Below are positions 8,956-18,104 of a stretch of DNA of 22,378 bases, piece by piece. The stretch lies in IMG/VR virus record IMGVR_UViG_2721755651_000013; one strand, given 5' to 3'. Positions within the stretch are counted from its first letter, which is position 1, and each line of letters opens with the position of its first letter. The notes under the pieces are model-generated. The model worked only from the letters and a program-made list of their open reading frames with translations, did no database searches and was not told the DNA's origin. The position numbers and the translations under genes are program-made. The stretch comes from a virus (Duplodnaviria > Heunggongvirae > Uroviricota > Caudoviricetes).

Positions 8956-9545
8956 TAAAAGATTGTCTTTATATTCATAAAGTGATTCAAGAGATGAATG
9001 TATTGTTTTATATTTTTATCTTCTAACGTCTTAAAATCACTTTTTTCTGATTGATAAATTTCATTAACATCATTTTTTCTTAACATAATTAATTCATGTT
9101 CGCGAACATTAGATCCGATTGATTCAATTAATCCTTTCAGCTGGCTTTTGATTTTCAATTTTTCTGCATTACACGACAAAAAACAATCATCATATGATAT
9201 TTCATTTTCTTTTTTTTGCGGTGTATTACAGAACTCACAATAAATATCTGCAAAATTATTTAAATAGAAATTCGCCTGTGATACAACATCTATTCTTTGT
9301 AGATCTATAAAGTATTGGTCTTTAAGAAGACTAAATCTTTCAATGAGTAATGATAAGTATTTTTCCCTGTCACTGATTGAATATAATTCATCACTTAACT
9401 CTTTTAATAATTGCTTCTTATCATCAAGTGCATCAACAATACCTTTCAATATATCTTTCGATGATTCAATATCTTGCTCTACTTTCTCAAGTTCTCTTGA
9501 AACAATGACTTGATCATATTCAGGATAAATTAATTGCGCTTTCAA
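8955..9545 (-). CDS. Coiled-coil segment of the cargo SMC-like ATPase (no canonical start; same frame as the upstream ORF, separated by one TAA)
   Basis: 196 aa, highly charged (E/K/D/L-rich) helical heptad-like sequence; ORF-track start is TTG with no usable Shine-Dalgarno spacing; in frame with 9576..10208. Confidence 0.45.
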   Translation of the reverse strand: MKAQLIYPEYDQVIVSRELEKVEQDIESSKDILKGIVDALDDKKQLLKELSDELYSISDREKYLSLLIERFSLLKDQYFIDLQRIDVVSQANFYLNNFADIYCEFCNTPQKKENEISYDDCFLSCNAEKLKIKSQLKGLIESIGSNVREHELIMLRKNDVNEIYQSEKSDFKTLEDKNIKQYIHLLNHFMNIKTIF

Positions 9546-9575
9546 TTCCTCATAAATATTTGCAATTTGATTTTT

Positions 9576-10208
9576 TTAAAAATATCTTGCTTTTTTATTT
9601 GGTTTTTCTGCTAAGGAGTTAGTATCATCTCTCTGAGTTAAAAGGAATTTAAATTCAGACTTTCTTTTTGTCTCCTCGCTAGGAATATCAGAAAGAATTA
9701 ACGACTTCTCAGTTAACACTCTTAATTCATCAATACAAAAAAATTCAAAAACATTATTAAGATTAAATTTATGAAGAGTATTACTTAAGTTTGTTCTTAC
9801 TTTAGCCTCTTTGAAATTCAACCTACCATAAAAGTATGATGAAAAACTCTTTTTAGACGAAGCACTTTTGGAAAAAACCATCAACAGATTAGCTTCACTA
9901 ACATTTTCAATGCTCGAATCATATAATCTGTAATGGGCGCTATCCTGAAGAGACCTCTCAATTGTCATTACCCTACCTTGAAAATTAAATTCCAGATAGG
10001 CTAAATCATAACCTTGAGCATGATCGATATCTTTATTTTTTAGTTTTTCACTCCCTAATAAATATCGAATCAAATAATATATGTATGTTTTTCCAGAGTC
10101 AGAACCACCATATAAAATAGTCAATTTAGAACCAAATTCAATTATAGCATCTAATTTATTGAATCCGGTTACCTTTATTTTTCTGAACGTAAAAAAATTG
10201 TCATTCAT
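9576..10208 (-). CDS. N-terminal ABC/SMC-type ATPase head with Walker A (GGSDSGKT)
   Basis: MNDNFFTFRKIKVTGFNKLDAIIEFGSKLTILYGGSDSGKTYIYYL is the canonical N-terminal strand plus P-loop layout of RecF/SbcC/SMC-like ABC ATPases; start moved to the ATG at 10206..10208, which overlaps the upstream stop (ATGAATGA). Confidence 0.65.
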   Translation of the reverse strand: MNDNFFTFRKIKVTGFNKLDAIIEFGSKLTILYGGSDSGKTYIYYLIRYLLGSEKLKNKDIDHAQGYDLAYLEFNFQGRVMTIERSLQDSAHYRLYDSSIENVSEANLLMVFSKSASSKKSFSSYFYGRLNFKEAKVRTNLSNTLHKFNLNNVFEFFCIDELRVLTEKSLILSDIPSEETKRKSEFKFLLTQRDDTNSLAEKPNKKARYF

Positions 10209-10659
10209 AATTAAATTCCATATCATATTTGCCAATTTTATTTTTTATAATTGATTGCAACTGCTCATCAGGAATATCACTATATAACTTAACCACCAAA
10301 TTTATATTATGCTCCATCTGCGCAACATATTCATTATGTAGAGAATTTGTAAATGCATATGTTTTTTCAGAAGCTTTATATACAAAACCACGATGTGTAT
10401 AAATTTTTGAGGCTAGTTCATAGCCTTGCAACAAAGCCAATGATTCTAAAACAATCTCTCGTTTTAGGGCTAACTGAGCATCTCTACGGGGTATTGGAGG
10501 ATGAAGACTAATCTCTTCAGGTAAAAAATCCTTAAGATTTACTAAAATAAAATCAAAACAAATAAGCCGTTCAAGGCTTAATGAAGAAGGATAAATAGCG
10601 ACGAGCACTTTCGCCATTCGACATGCCACTTCTAAACTTGAATTATAAATTCTAACCAT
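10201..10659 (-). CDS. Small alpha-helical protein, putative middle component (LmuC-like) of a three-component ATPase system
   Basis: 152 aa when started at the ATG at 10657..10659 (TAATG overlap with upstream stop, GGTGAG upstream); located between the nuclease-like ORFs and the ATPase, as in ABC-3C/Lamassu type II loci. Assigned by position and size only. Confidence 0.5.
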   Translation of the reverse strand: MVRIYNSSLEVACRMAKVLVAIYPSSLSLERLICFDFILVNLKDFLPEEISLHPPIPRRDAQLALKREIVLESLALLQGYELASKIYTHRGFVYKASEKTYAFTNSLHNEYVAQMEHNINLVVKLYSDIPDEQLQSIIKNKIGKYDMEFNYE

Positions 10660-11276
10660 TATCTCACCGTCCAAATTACTTCACCATCATTAACCAAATG
10701 ATGGCATATTCCTTTTTTATCATTTGCTTCACATATTTTTGATAGTACTGAATGTGCAATTGGTGTCAGAACAGCCTGCTTCAAGACTGCATTACACCTA
10801 ATAAATGCATAATTATGGTCTTCATAAAAGACGGGTTCAATTGAAGATGAAATGTAACATTTCAATGCTTTGAATACATCATCTTTAAATACTTCGCGGA
10901 CAAAAACCTCAAGCGAAGATGCAAAATAAAAATCATTTCTACTATTATTAAAGTGTCGTCTGTATGGATCATCAAGCTCTAAGAAAGAACTATAAGTTTT
11001 ATTTCCATGCTCTGAATAGGCTTGAAGCAGTGCATTAACATATACAGACTCTTTTTTTGAATTGTATGTTGGAATTTCATTTGGAGGGATTCTCACGACA
11101 TACAGCTCGTTAAAGTACTTAAAATAAAGGTGTGTATTTGCAATATCATTTAAAATCAATGATAAGGGTAGAGAGTAAAAAATACTAAAATCAAAATCCT
11201 CAATATATTTTTTTATTTCATCATCTAATGGAATATCAATCTTTTTAGTTATTTTTTTGAAATTGCTGAATCCCAT
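10659..11276 (-). CDS. Hypothetical protein; probably the C-terminal part of the effector, reachable by a -1 shift from 11249..11665
   Basis: 205 aa; only one Met (the start) and no Shine-Dalgarno; overlaps the upstream ORF by 28 nt in the -1 frame across an A7 tract. Confidence 0.5.
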   Translation of the reverse strand: MGFSNFKKITKKIDIPLDDEIKKYIEDFDFSIFYSLPLSLILNDIANTHLYFKYFNELYVVRIPPNEIPTYNSKKESVYVNALLQAYSEHGNKTYSSFLELDDPYRRHFNNSRNDFYFASSLEVFVREVFKDDVFKALKCYISSSIEPVFYEDHNYAFIRCNAVLKQAVLTPIAHSVLSKICEANDKKGICHHLVNDGEVIWTVR

Positions 11277-11665
11277 GAATCAAGGACTGCTTTTTTAAGC
11301 TCGTTTTTATTTTTCAATAAATTAGAAAATGTAGTAGATAAATCATAGGGTGCCACAAAAAAGTACTTCTGAGGGATGGGATAATCACCATTCAGAGTAA
11401 AATAGATAAGTTTTCCAAACTCAACTACAACATCAGAGAACCCTAAACTTTTTTTGTACAGTTTGCATTGATAATTATCCCAAGAATAACCTTCTACGTT
11501 AGGATCCGATTTATATCCAACAACGTCTCTACCTTTATCTCCAGCTCCTCCCAAACGTTCGCTCCACGGGTAATCATCTGATTTACAGACAATAAGCCAA
11601 TCATGGACAAATACCTCCCATTGTTCATCATCCCATGTCAATATTTCCGAAAGTGGTTGAGACAC
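11249..11665 (-). CDS. Mrr-like PD-(D/E)xK nuclease domain protein (putative effector N-terminal domain)
   Basis: 138 aa; WEVFVHDWL...GGAGDKGRDVVGY...YQCKLY matches the E ... G-D-x-G-x-D ... Q-x-K pattern of Mrr-type restriction-endonuclease catalytic domains; GTG start with AAGGAG 7 nt upstream, embedded in the 3' end of int. Confidence 0.6.
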   Translation of the reverse strand: MSQPLSEILTWDDEQWEVFVHDWLIVCKSDDYPWSERLGGAGDKGRDVVGYKSDPNVEGYSWDNYQCKLYKKSLGFSDVVVEFGKLIYFTLNGDYPIPQKYFFVAPYDLSTTFSNLLKNKNELKKAVLDSWDSAISKK

Positions 11666-11668
11666 AAA

Positions 11669-12850
11669 TTAACTCCTTTTTAGTCTTTCAAATATCAAAT
11701 TACTGTACCAGTCCATCATAGACTTCCTTCCACTAAAATATTGAGCATGGTTATAAGTCCCCCTAATAGAATTTTTATCTACATGAGCCAACTGGATTTC
11801 AATCCAAGCACTCTCAAAACCTTGCTCATGCAGGATTGTAGAAAGGGTATGACGAAAACCATGTCCAGTGACTTTTCCTCCATACCCAATACGCTTAATG
11901 GCTTGATTTATACTCGCTTCGCTCATTGGCCTATTCGGATCGTTCCGCCCTGGAAAAACATAACGATAGTTCCCTGTCATGATCTTGAGTTCATTGAGTA
12001 AATCTACCGCTTGAGATGATAAGGGCACAAGATGTGGCCTACGCATTTTCATCCTTTCAGCAGGAATTTCCCAAATAGCGTTATCCAGATCAAATTCTTG
12101 CCATAATGCCGCGCGTAATTCGATGGTTCTCACACCCGTAATCATCAGTAATTTCGTGGCTATCTGGACAAGCTTACTCCCGGAGTAACCCTCTAAGGCA
12201 CGTAGAAAATCAGGTATCTCATCAGCTTTTAGGAATGGGAAATGATTGGATTGGTGTACTTCGAGAGCGCTGGAGAGATCAGCCGCAGGATTGTACTCCG
12301 CCCTACCCGTTGCAATTGCGTAGCGAAACACTTCGGAGCAACGCTGCCGCACTTTGCGCATTTTCTCCAACGCACCACGTTTCTCAATTTTACGCAGAAC
12401 GTTCAGCAGCTCTAGCGGTTTAATCTCTCCCACAGGCCTTGTTCCGACATAAGGAAAAATGTCGTTCTTAAACGCTTCCATGATGTCTGATGCATATCCC
12501 GCCGACCATTTAGCAGATTTAAGTTGATGCCACTCTCTGGCTATCTTTTCGAAGGCGTTCTCTGACTCTGTTTGCATAGCTAGCTTTTGCTCTTTTCGAA
12601 CCTCACTAGGGTTCTTTCCTTCTGCCACAAGTTTTCGAGCTTCATCACGACGGGAACGAGCATCGGCAAGGGTGATCGTTGGGTAAACACCAAGCGAGAT
12701 CATTTTGGGTTTGCCGGCATAGCGATAGCGGAACCGCCAACTCTTGCTTCCATTAGGTTCTATAAGTAATGACAACCCTAGCCCATCTCCAAATGTATAG
12801 GCTTTAGCTTCAGGCTTAGCGCGGCGAATCTGCATATCGTTTAAAGGCAT
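11669..12850 (-). CDS. int: P4-type tyrosine integrase
   Basis: N-terminus MPLNDMQIRRAKPEAKAY...DGLGLSLLIEPNGSKSWRFRYR is the P4-integrase N-terminal signature; C-terminal HGFRHT...Y catalytic motifs; start moved to the ATG at 12848..12850 (393 aa); adjacent to a tRNA-derived att. Confidence 0.9.
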   Translation of the reverse strand: MPLNDMQIRRAKPEAKAYTFGDGLGLSLLIEPNGSKSWRFRYRYAGKPKMISLGVYPTITLADARSRRDEARKLVAEGKNPSEVRKEQKLAMQTESENAFEKIAREWHQLKSAKWSAGYASDIMEAFKNDIFPYVGTRPVGEIKPLELLNVLRKIEKRGALEKMRKVRQRCSEVFRYAIATGRAEYNPAADLSSALEVHQSNHFPFLKADEIPDFLRALEGYSGSKLVQIATKLLMITGVRTIELRAALWQEFDLDNAIWEIPAERMKMRRPHLVPLSSQAVDLLNELKIMTGNYRYVFPGRNDPNRPMSEASINQAIKRIGYGGKVTGHGFRHTLSTILHEQGFESAWIEIQLAHVDKNSIRGTYNHAQYFSGRKSMMDWYSNLIFERLKRS

Positions 12851-12897
12851 GTGTATAGGAATCCAGACCGAACAGGAACATATACACAATCCTATAC
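12851..12897. repeat. 10-bp inverted repeat GTGTATAGGA-N27-TCCTATACAC immediately upstream of int
   Basis: Exact inverted repeat seen directly, with a third TATACACA copy between; a likely int promoter/operator or arm-type site. Confidence 0.4.
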
Positions 12898-13012
12898 ACA
12901 TTCAGTACCGGATTCTACTGGATGGTTACGGACTACTATGGACTTAAAAGAATAAAAAATGTTATAAATCAGAGATTTTATGGACTAATACGGACGTTTG
13001 AGGAAGTTGAGA

Positions 13013-13058
13013 TGGTGCCGATAATAGGAGTCGAACCTACGACCTTCGCATTACGAAT
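13013..13058 (-). other. 3' 46 nt of a tRNA-Thr(CGU)-like gene (anticodon loop to CCA): att core of the P4-like element; the tRNA 5' half is absent
   Basis: Reverse complement reads ATTCGTAATGCGAAGGTCGTAGGTTCGACTCCTATTATCGGCACCA: T-arm GTAGG-TTCGACT-CCTAT, acceptor 3' strand, CCA; upstream sequence cannot pair as acceptor, D or anticodon-stem 5' strands. Confidence 0.6.
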
Positions 13059-13405
13059 TATAAGAATCCGCTTCTAATTCAAAGCATTACCCCATCAACA
13101 CTGCGCTCACACGTCCCACCACATCAAAACATGTAAAGCCTTGCAAGCCATTGCGAGGCCTTATGTGTCTCAGTTTTGTCCCACCTTGTATTACGACTTG
13201 CATAGCCAATGAAGATAAACGTGACGACAAACGGCGCAGCAGTCTTCTTTTCTTTCACGACTTCTCCAGCATGCATACCTTTCTGCCATGACTGAAGTGA
13301 ATGCCTGTTATGAGCAAGGATTGGCCCAGATGAATCGCCCTGGACTGTTGCGATCGTGAAGCCATAGACTGGGCCGCAAGCACGGGAGGTTACGATAAAG
13401 CGACA

Positions 13406-13771
13406 GTGCAGGATGTCATGTTAGGAGCGATAGAAAAACGCTTTGGCGATAAAGTACCGGAACAGTCCATCCAGTGGCTGACAGATAACGGTTCAGCGTA
13501 TAGAGCGCATGAAACACGGCAGTTCGCCAGAGAGTTGAATCTGGAGCCCTGCACAACGGCAATCAGCAGTCCTCAGAGTAATGGAATTGCAGAAAGGTTC
13601 GTGAAAACGATGAAGGAAGACTACATCGCGTTCATGCCGAAACCGAATGTAAGAACGGCATTGCATAATCTTGCAGTGGCGATCGAACATTACAATGAAA
13701 ACCATCCGCACAGTGCGTTGGGTTATCGCTCTCCGCGAGAATATCGACGTCAGCGGGTAACGTTAACTTAA
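13406..13771 (+). pseudogene. IS3-family (IS2-like) transposase OrfB C-terminal fragment
   Basis: 121-aa ORF ends ...[23 protein letters not shown]...[19 protein letters not shown], the typical C-terminus of IS3-family integrase-core transposases; the N-terminal part and OrfA are absent, so this is a remnant. Confidence 0.65.
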
Positions 13772-13812
13772 GATACCCCCCCTGTCTGGAAATAAGGGGG
13801 CAAGAACAATGA

Positions 13813-14556
13813 TCAGATTCCCTGGTGAGTAAGAATTTTACTTTCTGAACTCCTCTGAGAGTATTGACTTGGAGAAACACCAAAATAACGTCTAAATACA
13901 TAAGTAAAGTATGAGACACTGGCATAACCACAGACCTTAGCTACTTTACTAATAGGATAACAACGAGTGCTGAGTAAATATTCAGCCATTTGCATCCTCT
14001 CATCAAGTATGATCTTACTGAATGATACCCCCTCTTCTTTCAATTTCCTCTTTAGTAAACTTTCGCTGAGATATAATCTTGATGATATATCCTTAAGACG
14101 CCATGGTGCAGATAAATCCGTATGAATAATCGTTTTAACTTTAGCCCCTGTGCTTTTCAAACATCCAAACAGAAATACTCCAAATTGTTTTTCAGAAGAA
14201 AATGCAGAGAGACATGTAAAAGCAATAGACTCATCAAAAATTTCTATGTATTCAGCACAGTGATTAGCCCAACTAATTAATCCTTTAATTAAACTGAAGT
14301 CAGCAAAGTTTATTTTTAAATAAGATGGATATTCCCTACAATCAGAAATATCCCTTAAGTTATTAGCTTTCAAATAGCGACTAATAAACTCAGCGCCAAA
14401 ATCCGCCACTATCACTCTTTCAGGATATGTCAGGAAAAAATCTCTAGAGCTAGAGTCGACAAGTACAGATGAACCTCTCTCCAGAAACACACTCTCTTTT
14501 CCGAAATAAACATCAAAGGACTCCAAAATCAATATAACTGAACATGTAGTTGCCAT
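13813..14556 (-). CDS. AraC/XylS-family transcriptional regulator (Rns/AggR/GadX-like size and layout)
   Basis: 247 aa, AT-rich; C-terminal ISKVAKVCGYASVSYFTYVFRRYFGVSPSQY is the second helix-turn-helix of the AraC family. Confidence 0.8.
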   Translation of the reverse strand: MATTCSVILILESFDVYFGKESVFLERGSSVLVDSSSRDFFLTYPERVIVADFGAEFISRYLKANNLRDISDCREYPSYLKINFADFSLIKGLISWANHCAEYIEIFDESIAFTCLSAFSSEKQFGVFLFGCLKSTGAKVKTIIHTDLSAPWRLKDISSRLYLSESLLKRKLKEEGVSFSKIILDERMQMAEYLLSTRCYPISKVAKVCGYASVSYFTYVFRRYFGVSPSQYSQRSSESKILTHQGI

Positions 14557-15138
14557 ATCATCCCCCCAATTTAACTGAAACCAGGATGAAGTATATGTAT
14601 ATAAAGTTCACTTTGCCAAACTTCAGTATAAAAAACCACTAAAAATAGGGTGTGATAAAAAATACCGTAACAATAAAGCAAAGGATTATAAATTCCGTTA
14701 CAGTTACAAATGATACTCAAGAAACAATTCCTTAGGAAAAACTTATTTACAGCCAATAAGTAAGACACTTATATGATATCAAGTTTTCATAAAACATAAC
14801 TAGGCTAAATAGCTGCGCCTAATACCGCTACACTTTTGCCAGCCCATGTTTGCCTCCGGGTATTGACCCCTTCTCTACGCAACTTCAGTTCCCACCACCA
14901 ACTTTGCGGCAGCTTTGTAGGATCAATGTCTAAAAGAATAATGGTGACCGATAAGAAAACGACTGAATAACTGCAGATTTTCGCTCAAAACCTTCCTGTC
15001 AGATCCATAGCGAATCAAGTGCTGAATGTCACAGTATCGAACAGAAAACAGTGACGATCTAACCCTTCAAGAATATTCTACGATTGTTCTGTTTAGGAAA
15101 AGCAAGACGGGAAGTCGGGAGATAAGTCATTGATAAAG

Positions 15139-15200
15139 TGGCGGAGAGAGGGGGATTTGAACCCCCGGTAGAGTTGCCCCTACTCCGGTTTTCGAGACCG
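15139..15200 (-). other. 3' 62 nt of a tRNA-Ser(CGA) (serU-like) gene, anticodon loop to CCA; att-type partial tRNA
   Basis: Reverse complement reads CGGTCTCGAAAACCGGAGTAGGGGCAACTCTACCGGGGGTTCAAATCCCCCTCTCTCCGCCA: long variable arm, T-arm GGGGG-TTCAAAT-CCCCC, CCA end; the 5' half is not present. Confidence 0.6.
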
Positions 15201-15432
15201 ACCCGATCATCAAACGAAACATAAAATTAGCTCACATTATGAGGAAAGGTATCTTTTTGCGCTATGTAAATTCAAAGGGTTAGCCTCATTTTCCCGATGG
15301 CTTTCTCAACACTACTAGTTGTGAGCCCTTGCAATGTTCATTAATATACGTCTCACAAATAATTCACAGATATTGCAAAATGGATATTACTGAACCGCCC
15401 CGGGTTTCCTGGAGAGTGTTTTATCTGTGAAC

Positions 15433-16319
15433 TCAGGCTGCCAGATCATCGTTTCCGATGGAAGCATAATAAGCTTTTTCTGCTTCTGCCGGAGGAGTAT
15501 GGCCCAGCCTTCCCAGCAATCGTCGATTGTTATACCAGTCCACCCACGTTAGTGTGGCCAGTTCCACTTCTGCACGGTTTTTCCAGCTCTTACGGTGTAT
15601 TACCTCCGCTTTGTAAAGACCATTGATGCTCTCAGCCATCGCGTTGTCATACGAGTCGCCTGTACTCCCTGTTGATGCCAGTAATCCGGCTTCTTTTAGT
15701 CGCTCCGTATAGGCCAGTGACACATACTGAGAGCCTTTATCGCTGTGATGGATGGTGCCAGACGGACGACGGGCCCACAACGCCTGCTCCAGCGCATCCA
15801 GCACGAATGTCGTTTCCATAGACGATGAGACCCGCCACCCCACGATGTATCCGGCAAACACATCAATGATAAACGCCACATAGACGAAGCCCTGCCATGT
15901 GCTGACGTAAGTAAAATCAGCCACCCACAGCTGGTCAGGTCGTTCTGCCACGAACTGACGGTTTACGCGGTCGCCTGCGGCAACGGCTTTCCGGCTGATG
16001 GTCGTACGGACCTTTTTACCCCGGAGAACACCGGCAAGTCCCATAACCGCCATGAGACGTGCCACTGTACATCTGGCCACCCTGATTCCTTCCCGTAACA
16101 ACTGACGCCAGACTTTACGCACACCGTACACCTGATGATTTTCATCGTATACGCGCTGTATCTCTCTCTTCAGCCAGTCGTCGTGCTGCGCACGGGCACT
16201 GCGTTTATCCGGATGATGTCGCTGTTGCTGACAATGGTAATACGTTGACGGGGCAATATGCAGTTCGCTGCATACCGGTCCGACCCCGTACTGCTCACGC
16301 AGCTTATCCAGCAGTGGCA

Positions 16320-16323
<4 letters not shown>
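15433..16323 (-). CDS. IS3-family transposase OrfB (DDE integrase core)
   Basis: 296 aa with the characteristic IS3 OrfB layout; overlaps orfA in the -1 frame across an A6 tract (TGGAAAAAATGATG), the usual frameshift window. Confidence 0.9.
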
Positions 16324-17466
<1,143 letters not shown>

Positions 17467-17523
17467 ATCTTCAAGTGGTAAGCATAAACCGCAGCACGAT
17501 CTTGCATACGACGTGCTACGGTT

Positions 17524-18078
17524 TCATTTATCTCCGGCCGGAAACTTCTTATACAGTGTCGATACACCAACATCATAGATGATCGCTACCTTCTGGCGAG
17601 GAATTCCTGCTGCAATTAATCGTCCGGCCTGCGCCCATTGTTCTGGTGTAAGTTTGGGACGACGTCCACCAATTCGTCCCTGTGCGCGAGCAGCTTCCAG
17701 TCCAGCTTTTGTTCGTTCAACAATCAGTTCTCGTTCCATTTCAGCCAGGGCCCCCATCACATGAAAGAAAAAGCGCCCCATTGGGGTACTGGTATCAATA
17801 GCATCCGTCAGGCTGCGAAAATTAACGCCACGTTCGCGCAACTCCTCAACCAGAATGACCAGATGCCGCATACTGCGCCCCAGCCGATCCAGTTTCCAGA
17901 CAACCAGAGTGTCACCTGCCGATAATGTCCTGAGCAGTTTTTTCAGTCCCGGCCTTTCGGACTTTGTACCGCTTATCTTGTCTTCAAAAATCAGCTCGCA
18001 TCCTGCACAGTTCAGCGCATTACGTTGTAGATCTGTGTTCTGGTCATTTGTTGACACACGTACATAGCCAATAAGCAT
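17524..18078 (-). CDS. pin: Serine-recombinase DNA invertase of the Pin/Gin/Hin/Cin family
   Basis: MLIGYVRVSTNDQNTDLQRNAL... with catalytic Ser and C-terminal HTH; matches what I recall of e14 Pin; 184 aa when started at the ATG at 18076..18078. Confidence 0.9.
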   Translation of the reverse strand: MLIGYVRVSTNDQNTDLQRNALNCAGCELIFEDKISGTKSERPGLKKLLRTLSAGDTLVVWKLDRLGRSMRHLVILVEELRERGVNFRSLTDAIDTSTPMGRFFFHVMGALAEMERELIVERTKAGLEAARAQGRIGGRRPKLTPEQWAQAGRLIAAGIPRQKVAIIYDVGVSTLYKKFPAGDK

Positions 18079-18104
18079 GGTAGATCTCCCTGACAAAAGC
18101 AGGA

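Noticed and set aside
8389-10208. Considered assigning the ATPase to Septu (PtuA), Gabija (GajA) or PARIS (AriA)
   Set aside because: No HNH, TOPRIM/OLD or helicase partner is seen; the coiled-coil insertion between Walker A and Walker B, together with a small middle protein and a PD-(D/E)xK effector, fits an SMC-like three-component layout better.
14571-14768. 65-aa minus-strand ORF upstream of the AraC-family gene
   Set aside because: Short, AT-rich, low-complexity ORF without a ribosome-binding site in a promoter-like region.
17579-18067. Plus-strand ORFs antisense to pin
   Set aside because: Antisense to a well-conserved invertase gene; composition is non-protein-like.
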